NCBI GenBank assembly: GCA_051313645.2
Contig: JBNRSN020000009.1
Coordinates: 184,016,001 to 184,080,000, forward strand
Direction: 5' to 3'
Origin: Centroscyllium fabricii
Taxonomy: Eukaryota
Length of the DNA stretch: 64,000 nucleotides
A program made the position numbers and the translations under genes. Position 1 is the stretch's first letter. Every line of letters starts with the position of its first letter. The notes under the pieces are model-generated. The model was given only the letters and a program-made list of their open reading frames with translations, searched no databases and was not told the origin of the DNA. Of this stretch, positions 1 through 10,063 are shown one piece after another.

Positions 1-190
1 ATGCCACCTAGTTCTCGACTCTCCAGCCAAGGGAAACAGCCTATCAGCATCTACCCTGTCAAGCCCTCTCAGAATCTTTTATATTTCAATGAGATCACCT
101 CTCATTCTTCTAAACTCCAGAGAGTATAGGCCCAATCTACTCAAATTTTCCTCATAAGACAGCCTTCTCATCTCAGGAATCTATCTAGAA
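1..190 (-). mobile_element. CR1 (HER1-like) LINE ORF2 3' fragment
   Basis: Reverse complement resembles the CR1 C-terminal region (LYSLEFRRMRGDLIE) seen in other copies in this window. Confidence 0.8.
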
Positions 191-728
191 TTGGAGAGGT
201 GAGGCCATGGAACAGGAGGATGAGAATTTTAAAATAGAAGCATTTTAAAACCTGCCTTTCCCCTTTACAGATGTGATGGACCTGTTACATATTTCTAGCA
301 TTCTCTGCTTTCCAGCTGTTGAAGATTTTATTCCCTCCTTTTATAAATGCAGATTAAAACAGTTCATTTGCAAATGTGTGCACCGCAGTTCATTCAAGGG
401 TTCATTCAGCAACTCAATCTAAACAAAATCCACAACAGCATTAAAGGAAACATGTACTTGCTACAAAAAGGAGATTAAACTTCTACAATATGCTGTTCCA
501 AAGGTGAAATTTAGCATGATAGACAAAAAAATTATGGAAGATTTCGTGCTTGGCTCAGGAATTCTATGAAGTAGCAATAAACAAGCTTTCTGGAATGGAG
601 TCAACTTTTCATTTAAGACATTGACTTGCTTTGATGCATTTGAATTATATGCTGCTTACAAAAATTTGCTTAAAGCAAATAGTCATGGATCTGCAGCCAA
701 TTATATTAAAGTATGCGATTGATCATAT

Positions 729-831
729 TTACAGCATTACTGCTGCAGTGTTTGCCTCTGGTTTCTGGCTGTAATCCACGTGAGGGAGCTCAGCTTCACG
801 ATCCATTTGCTCAACAATGCTCTGGACCTTC
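729..831 (-). CDS. Putative terminal coding exon of unidentified host gene: (R)KVQSIVEQMDREAELPHVDYSQKPEANTAAVML*
   Basis: tttcttcaaaag acceptor, open frame to TAA, non-repeat sequence, phase 2 matches the exon at 18208-18239. Confidence 0.45.
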
Positions 832-1000
832 CTTTTGAAGAAATATGATTAAAGGCGTCCATTCATCCCCTCATAGTATATCAATCCAAAAGGACCTGCA
901 TTATAGCATCAAATTGTTTCTTAAATGATTCCAGGGTTTTCTTCTGCTCTGGCCTAGGTTAATTCCTTGTGTTGGTCACTCTTTAAGTCTGTCTGTGAAA

Positions 1001-1050
1001 ATTCAAGATTCAAGATTCAAGATTATTTTATTGCCATATGTAACTGGTAC
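1001..1050 (-). repeat. (TTCAAGA)n microsatellite tail of a very short LINE 3' end
   Basis: Three TTCAAGA units next to TTTATT (AATAAA on minus), like the tail at 37955-37984. Confidence 0.4.
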
Positions 1051-1496
1051 AATTGGCCCCAAACAGGGCAGAAACTGGATTAAAATGGCAATACTTAACC
1101 CACCCTGTTTGTGCTTGAATCGTGGCTGCTGCCACCTTGACTCAGGTTAGGACATGGGCTACCCCAGTGCCCACCTGTATTGGGCACCAGCATTAAATAT
1201 TTACATTCAGCATGGCCAAAGTGAGCACTGGGAAGCCAGCCAAGTCTCTGAAGAAGAGAAAGGGAACAACTTATAACAGCATCAACTGGCAGTTCGTGCA
1301 GCTGGAGACAACCCAATATAGCAGCAATTCACAAAGTTCTCTCCTTTGAACCCTGCCAAACGCAGCTCGCTACAAAACCTCCTTCTCTCCTTTTCCACTC
1401 TCCTCAGATGAAAACCAAACCAGTCACACACATGCCATCTGAAAACACAAAATCCAAAGGTTCCAACTGGGACCAACAACCTCCATGACATAATTT

Positions 1497-2831
1497 GGCC
1501 CAGAAATTCGGGTTGGAGGCTTCCCGCGAGTCAAGCCTCCAACCCACTCTTGCCTACCGCGCCGGCCGTTGAGCATTGCACCTGCATGGAATCCCGATGT
1601 TGGGCCCTCCTGAACTGCCGGTGCGCTGTGCTCCTGGATCTGAGCGTCACAGTTAGTGCGAGGCTTTGCGCGGGATCACGTGGGCCGCGGAGAGCCAATC
1701 GGAGCACAGAATGCTCCATTCATAAGTTTGACAGGAAGACCTGTCAAACTTATGAATACTACAAGCCCCAAAACCTCAGTAAATCTTAAAATAAATCACA
1801 TTTTTAAAAATAACTATCAATTACATAAATTAGCTATTTTACACAAAAATAAAAAAAATTGAAAAAAATAATTAAAGTCTTTAACGGGGCTAAAAATCAA
1901 CTTACCTTTCTTTAAAGTAATTAAAAATGAAAAACCTGTGGAAACATTTTTTTAAATTGAAATAAATCACCACTTACCTGTTGTACAGGGCCTTGGTGAG
2001 ACCACACCTCGAGTACTGTGTGCAATTTTGGTCTCCTTATCTAAGGAAGGACATTCTTGCCATGGAGGGAGTGCAAAGAAGATTCCCCAGGCTGATACCT
2101 GGGATGGCAGGAATGACGTATGGGGAGAGATTGGGTAGACTGGGTTTGTACTCTCTGGAGTTTAGAAGATTGAGAGGGGATCTCATCGAAACATATAAAA
2201 TTCTAACTGGTCTGGACAAACTTGATGCAGGAAGAATGTTCTCGATGATCGGAGAGTCCAGAACCAGGGGTCATAGTCTAAGGATAAAGGGTAACTCATT
2301 TAGGACAGAGATGAGGAGGAATTTCTTCACCCCGAGAGTGGTGAACCTGTGGAATTCTCTGCCACAGCGGGCGGTGGAGGCGAGTTCATTGAATATATTC
2401 AAGAAGGAGCTGGATGTATTTCTTAAGGCTAAAGGGATCAAGTGATATGGGGAGAAGGCAGGGACAGGGTACTGGGTTTGGATGATCAGCCATGATCTCA
2501 TTGAATGGCGGAGCAGGCTCGAGGGGCCGAATGGCCTACTCCTGCTCCTATCTTCTATGTTTCTATGTTTCTAAAACCAGTCTTTGCGCTTGAAAATAGC
2601 AGCCGTATCTTTTTCTAATACTTACCCAGATAAAAAGCTGTAAACAAAATCGCAAGTGCATTGCGCACCCGCTGCTGTGCACGCGTTCCGATCCCTGACC
2701 CCTTCTTTCAGGGGATCGGAGGTGCCAGTTTCGCGTGCATGCGCGGTGCATGCCGGAAATTGGCTCTTCCGATGGGCCTACGCATGAGTACCCAGTGCGT
2801 ACTCACGCGTTGGGACCCTAATTTCTGCCCC
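1497..2831 (+). mobile_element. Harbinger-like MITE family A, interrupted by a CR1
   Basis: TIR GGCCCAGAAATT...AATTTCTGCCCC; homologous to copies at 10064, 11386, 35892, 51311 and 52617. Confidence 0.75.
1979..2573 (+). mobile_element. 5'-truncated CR1 LINE
   Basis: ORF 1981-2445 LYRALVRPHLEYCVQFWSP...RNFF..RVVNLWNSLP; (TTTCTATG)n tail. Confidence 0.92.
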
Positions 2832-2896
2832 AATGTAGTCACGCAGGTGTTACCCAATCGTGTCATTTTCAAGTGCTCTTTTTCCTACTTTGGTGC

Positions 2897-3145
2897 TGTG
2901 ATAAACTGTATATCACTGTAATACCATGTAACACCTGTATAGCACTGTAATACCATGTAACACCTGTATGATACCTGGCACCGCCCATGACTCCTCCCCC
3001 GCCGGAGGAGGTACATAAAGGACTGTCCCCATCCCCCGCGCCATTCTGGGGACAGTCAGCTCGGTTGTGTATCTCCAACGAAGTTAATAAAAGCCTGATT
3101 ATTATAACCAACTATTCGACTCCGAAGACGTTATTGACGGTTACA
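2897..3145 (+). repeat. 5' LTR, family 1
   Basis: TGTGATAA...TTACA; TACATAAA TATA-like box; AATAAA; internal tandem duplication in U3. Confidence 0.95.
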
Positions 3146-3164
3146 ATTTTATTAACTTCTTGAA

Positions 3165-6100
3165 ATGGATACTGCAATGTTGAAACCATCAGTGTTCGAG
3201 GTTGACCCCCGATCTCCTGGAGCATCCAATGCCTTCTCACACTGGCGAAATGTATTGGAAGGATACATTAGAGCCAACGCAACGGACATAATGACCGAGG
3301 AGCAAAAACGACGGCTCCTCCACGCCCGGGTGGGCCCGCAAGTATACTCGATGATCGTGGACGCCTCATCATTTAACGAAGCCCTCAGGACCCTCGACGG
3401 GGAATACAATCGGGCGCCAAACAGAGTCCACGCGAGACACATACTGGCCACCCGAAAACAGCAGGACAACGAATCAAGTGTGCAGTTCCTAAGAGCCCTC
3501 AGAACCCTGGCACGGGACTGTGACTGCAGAGCACAAACGGCCCTAGTACATATGGAGAGTCTCATCAGGGATGCCTATGTAACAGGCCTAAAATCGGACT
3601 ATGCTAGGCAAAGACTATTAGAACAAAATGGCCAGGACTTACAGGCCACTGTCGATTTGGGACACGCGCTAGACAGCGCCTCTACAGATTTATCATCGTA
3701 TTCTACTAACTATACGGGCCCAGCCCCGCAATCTTGGACAGTGCGGGGGCAGAGACCGTCAGAGGAACTTCTCACAGCGGCCCACGCTAAAGCGAAATGT
3801 TACTTCTGTGGACAACCACAGCATCAAAGACGTAGCTGCCCCGCCAGAGAAGCAATCTGCTCCAAGTGCGACAAAAAGGGGCACTATGCAAAGGTCTGCA
3901 AAGGCCCATATGTTAAACCAAGACTGGACAGTGCTGCCTGTGGAACAAGGGAGCTGCAAAATCGGCCTCGCCCATCCCCCAACCAGCAGCACTCAAGCTC
4001 AAGGCTGCAGCAGCACCCATCCCCCACCCAACAGCAGAGCACATGGAGGCAGCCATCCCAGGAAACTGACCTGGAGGACTACTCCCCGGATCAAAATCAC
4101 TACTATCCAGACCGAGATAACTACTCTCCGGATCAAGATTTTGGGGAGGACCCAGTACTAGCATCTATGAGCCTAGATCAGAAGACAATCCAGCCACTGG
4201 GGAGATCAATGATGCCGGTGGAAGTTAACGGTGAAGAGGTGGTGTGCCTGTTCGACAGCGGGAGCACAGTAAGTTTTGTACATCAGAATACTGTTAAGCG
4301 CCTCTCCCTTAAAGTAATCCCTGCGCGCCAGAGAATATCTATGGCGTCAAAATCGGAATCCGCTGATGTCACCGGGCGCTGTAGTGTAACGCTAAACGTA
4401 AAGGGGGCTATCTTTAACAAGTTTAGTTTTTACGTGCTGCCGCAGCTCTGCGCCCCCCTACTCCTGGGACTGGATTTCCAGTGCCACCTTCAGAGCGTTA
4501 CGATGGCTTTCGGTGGACCCCTCCCTCCCCTCACGGTCACAAACCGCGACTCAAAGCGGAACCCCCAGTATACTACCTGCGGTCTCTCAACCCTTAAGGT
4601 TACCCCTCCATCCCTTTTTGCTAACCTCACCCCAGACTGTAAGCCCGTCGCCACCAAGAGTAGGCGCTACAGTGCTGGGGACAGGGCATTTATAAAATCT
4701 GAGGTGCAGCGCCTCCTAAAAGAAGGGGTCATAGAGGCTAGCAACAGCCCCTGGAGAGCACAGGTAGTCGTGGTGAAAACCGGGGAAAAGAATAGGATGG
4801 TAGTGGATTACAGCCAGACCATAAACCGGTTCACCCAACTAGATGCCTACCCCCTCCCCCGGATAGCGGACATGGTAAACCAAATCGCCCAATTTAAAGT
4901 GTTCTCAACCATCGATTTAAAATCTGCTTATCACCAGCTCCCCATCCGCTCACAGGACCGTCTCTATACTGCTTTCGAGGCTGACGGCCGCCTCTACCAC
5001 TTCCTTAGGGTGCCGTTCGGAGTCACGAACGGGGTCTCGGTCTTCCAAAGGGAGATGGACCGAATGGTCGATCGGTACAGGCTGCGAGCGACCTTCCCGT
5101 ACCTCGATAATGTGACCATCTGCGGCCATGACCAGCAGGACCATGACGCCAATCTCCAAAAATTTCTCCACACCGCCAAAACCCTGAACCTCACGTATAA
5201 TAAGGAGAAATGTGTGTTTAACACCGGTCGCCTCGCCATCCTCGGCAACGTGGTGGAAAATGGAGTCATCGGTCCAGACCCGGACCGCATGCGCCCCCTC
5301 ATGGAGCTTCCCCTCCCCCACTCCCCCAAATCTCTTAAACGGATTTTGGGATTTTTTGCTTATTATGCCCAGTGGGTCCCCAATTATGCGGACAAAGCTC
5401 GCCCACTATTAAAATCAACCTCTTTCCCACTTTCTGCAGAAGCCAACTCGGCATTCTGCGGAATAAAAAAGGACATAGCCAAAGCCACGATGCACGCTGT
5501 GGATGAGTCCGTCCCATTCCAAGTGGAAAGTGATGCATCTGACTTTGCACTGGCCGCCACCCTTAACCAGGCGGGCAGACCCGTGGCCTTCTTTTCACGT
5601 ACCCTCCAAGGCCCAGAAACCCGCCATTCCTCAATCGAAAAGGAGGCCCAAGCAATTGTTGAAGCAGTGCGGCACTGGAAGCACTACCTGGCCGGAAAGC
5701 GTTTTACCCTGTTGACTGACCAACGCTCAGTCGCTTTTATGTTCAACAACAAAGAGCGGGGTAAGATTAAGAACGACAAAATATTAAGGTGGAGAATTGA
5801 ACTATCAGCGTTCAATTATGATATTTTGTATCGGCCCGGGAAATTTAACGAACCCCCAGATGCCCTATCCCGCGGTACCTGTGCCAGCGCACAGGCTGAC
5901 CGTCTCCAAACCCTTCACAACGACCTCTGCCACCCGGGGGTCACTAGGTTGGTTCACTTCGTGAAGTCCCGCAACCTCCCCTACTCCATCGAAGAAGTCA
6001 AGACCATGACTAGCAACTGCCAGGTCTGCGCGGAGTGCAAGCCGCACTTCTACCGGCCAGACCGGGCGCACCTAATCAAGGCCACTCGCCCCTTTGAACG

Positions 6101-7199
6101 ACTCAGTGTCGATTTTAAAGGGCCCCTTCCCTCAGCCAACAGGAACGTCTATTTCCTCAACGTTATAGATGAGTACTCCCGTTTCCCTTTCGCCATCCCC
6201 TGCCAGGACATGACCTCCGCCACTGTTATCAAAGCCCTCAGTAGCATCTTCTCCCTGTTCGGGTACCCGAACTATATCCACAGTGACCGGGGGGCCTCTT
6301 TTATGAGCGACGAGCTGCGTCAGTACCTGCTGGCGAAAGGTATTGCAACCAGCAGGACCACCAGCTACAACCCCCGGGGGAACGGGCAGGTAGAGAGAGA
6401 GAACGCCACGGTTTGGAAGGCCATCCAGTTAGCCCTAAAGTCAAAAGACCTCCCAGTCACCCGATGGCAGGACGTTCTCCCTGAAGCACTCCACTCTATC
6501 AGGTCCCTATTGTGTACTGCCACTAACACCACCCCTCACGAAAGACTTTTTGCCTTCCCCAGGAAGTCAGCTTCCGGGACCTCGCTACCATCGTGGCTGC
6601 TATCTCCGGGACCGGTTCTGCTGCGGAAGCATGTGAGGGGACACAAAGCAGACCCCCTAGTCGAACGGGTCCACCTCCTGCACGCCAATCCCCAGTACGC
6701 GTACATAGCGTACCCCAACGGGAGGGAGGACACCGTGTCCATAAAGGACCTAGCCCCAGCAGGGATCCCCAAAACCAGCCCAGCCAGGCAGCCCGAGCTC
6801 CCAAAACCCCCAGTGACCCCCCCCGAGCCACCGAAGCCGAAGTACGAGCTCCGCCACGTGGGCCCAGTACCCCAGTATGTCCACAAGGCACCTGCGCGCA
6901 GCACGACCCAGCCCCAAGCCTGGATCCACAATGCGCTCCCCCCAGAGCCAGAGGACGAAAGAGAGAGCGCGCCCCCTGCTGTCGAAATAAGGGCATCACC
7001 GCCACCCGGAAGTGACATAACCACCACCGGCCAACCAGCAGAAAAGGAACAAACGACGCAACCAGCCACCCCACGACAACGAACACCACAGGCACTGCCA
7101 GCACGGCGAGCCACTCAACGACAACGAACACCACAGGCACCACCAGCGCTACGAAGATCAGCGCGGACGACGAAACCGCCTGAAAGACTGAACATATAG
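3165..7199 (+). CDS. Gag-Pol polyprotein (2x CCHC knuckle, PR, RT, RNase H, IN), 1344 aa
   Basis: CYFCGQPQHQRRSC and CSKCDKKGHYAKVC; LFDSGS; LDAYPLP, IDLKSAYHQ, PFGV, YLDN; ESDAS/EKEA/TDQ/DALSR; HHCC and D,D-35-E. Confidence 0.97.
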   Translation: MDTAMLKPSVFEVDPRSPGASNAFSHWRNVLEGYIRANATDIMTEEQKRRLLHARVGPQVYSMIVDASSFNEALRTLDGEYNRAPNRVHARHILATRKQQDNESSVQFLRALRTLARDCDCRAQTALVHMESLIRDAYVTGLKSDYARQRLLEQNGQDLQATVDLGHALDSASTDLSSYSTNYTGPAPQSWTVRGQRPSEELLTAAHAKAKCYFCGQPQHQRRSCPAREAICSKCDKKGHYAKVCKGPYVKPRLDSAACGTRELQNRPRPSPNQQHSSSRLQQHPSPTQQQSTWRQPSQETDLEDYSPDQNHYYPDRDNYSPDQDFGEDPVLASMSLDQKTIQPLGRSMMPVEVNGEEVVCLFDSGSTVSFVHQNTVKRLSLKVIPARQRISMASKSESADVTGRCSVTLNVKGAIFNKFSFYVLPQLCAPLLLGLDFQCHLQSVTMAFGGPLPPLTVTNRDSKRNPQYTTCGLSTLKVTPPSLFANLTPDCKPVATKSRRYSAGDRAFIKSEVQRLLKEGVIEASNSPWRAQVVVVKTGEKNRMVVDYSQTINRFTQLDAYPLPRIADMVNQIAQFKVFSTIDLKSAYHQLPIRSQDRLYTAFEADGRLYHFLRVPFGVTNGVSVFQREMDRMVDRYRLRATFPYLDNVTICGHDQQDHDANLQKFLHTAKTLNLTYNKEKCVFNTGRLAILGNVVENGVIGPDPDRMRPLMELPLPHSPKSLKRILGFFAYYAQWVPNYADKARPLLKSTSFPLSAEANSAFCGIKKDIAKATMHAVDESVPFQVESDASDFALAATLNQAGRPVAFFSRTLQGPETRHSSIEKEAQAIVEAVRHWKHYLAGKRFTLLTDQRSVAFMFNNKERGKIKNDKILRWRIELSAFNYDILYRPGKFNEPPDALSRGTCASAQADRLQTLHNDLCHPGVTRLVHFVKSRNLPYSIEEVKTMTSNCQVCAECKPHFYRPDRAHLIKATRPFERLSVDFKGPLPSANRNVYFLNVIDEYSRFPFAIPCQDMTSATVIKALSSIFSLFGYPNYIHSDRGASFMSDELRQYLLAKGIATSRTTSYNPRGNGQVERENATVWKAIQLALKSKDLPVTRWQDVLPEALHSIRSLLCTATNTTPHERLFAFPRKSASGTSLPSWLLSPGPVLLRKHVRGHKADPLVERVHLLHANPQYAYIAYPNGREDTVSIKDLAPAGIPKTSPARQPELPKPPVTPPEPPKPKYELRHVGPVPQYVHKAPARSTTQPQAWIHNALPPEPEDERESAPPAVEIRASPPPGSDITTTGQPAEKEQTTQPATPRQRTPQALPARRATQRQRTPQAPPALRRSARTTKPPERLNI

Positions 7200-7328
7200 T
7201 CAAAAGAACGTTAATTGTATATATTTCGTTATTTAGCACAGTGTAATTAGTTGTTTTTCTTTTCCCTTTTTGTACCCCCCCGCGAGTTGTTCACCCCACC
7301 GTACTTTAGTTTTTAAAGAAGGGGTGAA

Positions 7329-7577
7329 TGTGATAAACTGTATATCACTGTAATACCATGTAACACCTGTATAGCACTGTAATACCATGTAACACCTGTA
7401 TGATACCTGGCACCGCCCATGACTCCTCCCCCGCCGGAGGAGGTACATAAAGGACTGTCCCCATCCCCCGCGCCATTCTGGGGACAGTCAGCTCGGTTGT
7501 GTATCTCCAACGAAGTTAATAAAAGCCTGATTATTATAACCAACTATTCGACTCCGAAGACGTTATTGACGGTTACA
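7329..7577 (+). repeat. 3' LTR, family 1
   Basis: Direct repeat of 2897-3145. Confidence 0.95.
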
Positions 7578-7624
7578 GGTGCTCCTACACATTGCTGTCC
7601 CTGTGGTTTCAGTATGACTCTTAT

Positions 7625-7890
7625 ATGAAATGAAAGGATTGGAGGTACTTATGGTGGGCGACATCTAGGGCAACAGCCGCAAAAGAGACAGGCTGCAAAC
7701 TGTTCCTTCAGCGAAGGAAACCTGCTGTCCTTACCTGCTCCGGCCTACATGTGTGACTCCAGTTTCACACCAGCGTGGTTGACTCTTAACTGCCCTCTTA
7801 AGTGGCCAAGCAAGCCACCTTCTCAGATCAACTAGGGATAGGCTGTAAATGCTGGCCTTGCCATCAACACCCATGTCCTGAGAAGGAATG
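7625..7890 (+). mobile_element. Old SINE/LINE 3' fragment with L2/CR1-group tail
   Basis: Tail caactagggata..taaatgctggccttgcca..cacccatgtcc shared with 16115-16170. Confidence 0.5.
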
Positions 7891-8642
7891 GAAAAACAAG
7901 GCTCTGCTGCAGGAGACCAGACACTCCCTGGTAGATGACAGAGAAGCCATTCCTTGCACCATAACATCACACATGCTGCAGGCAAACGCTGCCGTATTCT
8001 CAGGCAGGACGCAGCCATTCTTTGGCTGGTTATGCAAAGAATCCACTATTTGCAGGTGCACTGCCAAGATCCTTTTGTGTAGGCTGGGATGCTGAGGACT
8101 ACATCGCCACCATCTTTAGCAGTGCTTGGCTCTTCGCCTCGCCCTCCAGCTAGCAGTGTCCTCCGCTGTCCTCTCCACCACAGCCGGTGGCCATTAACTT
8201 CTGACGTGCACGTCACCCTGTGTAGAACCCTCTAACTCACTAGTTATCCCACCCGGATGCTAATTACTGTGCTGAGTAAAGAGGGAGTGGGTGATGGTGC
8301 AAGCTGGTGAGGCTAGCATGGCTGGCATTCTTCTATAGCAGGGGCAAATGGAAGAGAGGAATAATAATTACCAAGGAGCAGCCAGGTTAGGGCGCCTCAG
8401 ACACGTGGCATCACCAGTTTGGCCAGCTCCCTAAAAGAGCTGCACATGGAGGGTGACGTGAATCAGTCAGTCATGAAAGAAAGACTCAGGAAATAATACT
8501 GAGCGGCCTGCTGGTGGCGCTGTCCAGGGAGAGTATAAATACTCGGGCACGGGCCCAGCTTGCACAGGACATTCTTAACAGGAACGAGTGAAGGACACAA
8601 CTAGACCTCCATGTTGTAAAACAGTTGATTCAAGCTTTATTT

Positions 8643-9040
8643 AGAAACATAGAAGATAGGAGCAGGAGTAGGCCATTCGGCCCTTCGAGCCTGCTCCGCC
8701 ATTCAATGAGATCATGGCTGATCATCCAAACCCAGCACCTCGCCCCTGCCCTCTCCCCATATCCCTCGATCCCTGTTGAGCCTGCACCGACACATATCCC
8801 ACCCTATCCCCGCAACCCCACATATTCAATCCCCCGAACACTAAGGGTCAATTTATCCTGGCCAATCAACCTAACCCGCACATCTTTGGACTGTGGGAGG
8901 AAACCGGAGCACCCAGAGGAAACCCACGCAGACACGGGGAGAATGTGCAAACTCCACACAGATAGTCACCCGAGGCTGGATTTGAACCCGGGTCTCCAGA
9001 GCTGTGAGGCAACAGTGCTAACCACTATGCCACCGTGGCG
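8643..9040 (-). mobile_element. HE1-type V-SINE
   Basis: tRNA-like head (A/B boxes), V-domain GGGTTTCCTCCGGGTGCTCCGGTTTCCTCCCACAGTCCAAA, CR1-derived tail. Confidence 0.9.
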
Positions 9041-9357
9041 CTTGGTTTAATGCTTAGACCAAGTGCCTATTAGTTTTATTACGTCAGAGGGCAGATAGAA
9101 AGCAAGTGTAAAAGATCCCGCTGCTCCATTACCCCCAGCTCTCCATCGCCGGCACTCTGAGGGAGGTCTGTGCCCAGAAACGTCAGCTTCCTGCTCCATG
9201 GATGTGAAGATCTGAAGCGAGGCTTCCTGTTCTCATCCTTTTGAGGCTATGGAGCCATAACTTGTCCTGCAGAGAGAAGGTTTGCTTATGAATGTATGGC
9301 GGTATTAAAGGCTTGTGGAGTTTGCGCGAGGCATGATGCTATGTCCATGATCAGTGT

Positions 9358-9536
9358 AATGTGGAGGTGCCAGTGTTGGACTGGGGTGGACAAATGCAAG
9401 AAGTCACACAACACCAGATTATAGTCCAACAGTTTTATTTTAAATCACAAGCATTCGGAAGGGGCAAAAGCTCCGAAAGTTTGTGATTTAAAATAAAACT
9501 GTTGGACTATAATCTGGTGTTGTGTGACTTCTTGCA
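9358..9536. mobile_element. Fold-back Penelope-like insertion
   Basis: Inverted arms of about 60 bp, one-sided tail, 12-bp TSD CATGATCAGTGT. Confidence 0.8.
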
Positions 9537-9669
9537 CATGATCAGTGTGACATACAGAGAGCAGTGTGCAGGATGGGGAGGAGTCACAAAGCAGGAAAAT
9601 GGCAGGAGGCTGACAATTGCTGGCAAAGTTAAGAAGATTGCATAGATTTCCCTGTGCAGCCAGATATTT

Positions 9670-10056
9670 GGGCGGCACATTGGCATAGTGGTTAGCACTG
9701 TTGCCTTACAGCACTGGAGACCCGGGTTCAAATCCGGCCTCGGGTGACTATCTGTGTGGAGTTTGCACATTCTTCCCGTGTCTGCGTGGGTTTCCTCCGG
9801 GTGCTCCGGTTTCCTCCCACAGTCCAAAGATGTGCGGGTTAGGTTGATTGGCCATGATAAATTGACCCTTAGTGTTAGGGGGATTAAATGTGTGGGGTTG
9901 TGGGGATAGGGTGGGATATGTGTCGGTGCGGGCTCGATAGGGATATGGGGACAAGGTAGGGACTGGGTACTGGGTTTGGATGATCAGCCATGATCTCATT
10001 GAATGGCGGAGCAGGCTCGAAGGGCCGAATGGCCGACTCCTGCTCCTATCTTCTAT
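9670..10056 (+). mobile_element. HE1-type V-SINE
   Basis: Full-length copy of the same SINE. Confidence 0.9.
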
Positions 10057-10063
10057 CAACAAT

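Larger units (their letters stand above)
2897..7577 (+). mobile_element. Full-length Ty3/Gypsy LTR retrotransposon (family 1), intact
   Basis: 249-bp TG...CA LTRs 2897-3145 and 7329-7577, identical by eye; 5-bp TSD GGTGC; PPT AAAGAAGGGGTGAA; single gag-pol ORF. Confidence 0.97.

Noticed and set aside
7900-8600. Possible Harbinger coding remnant
   Set aside because: Too degraded to assign any motif with confidence
8625-9050. Recurrent ORFs with CGRKPEHPEETHADTGR
   Set aside because: Antisense translation of the V-SINE domain, not a gene
9670-9745. tRNA gene
   Set aside because: tRNA-derived SINE head continuing into the SINE body
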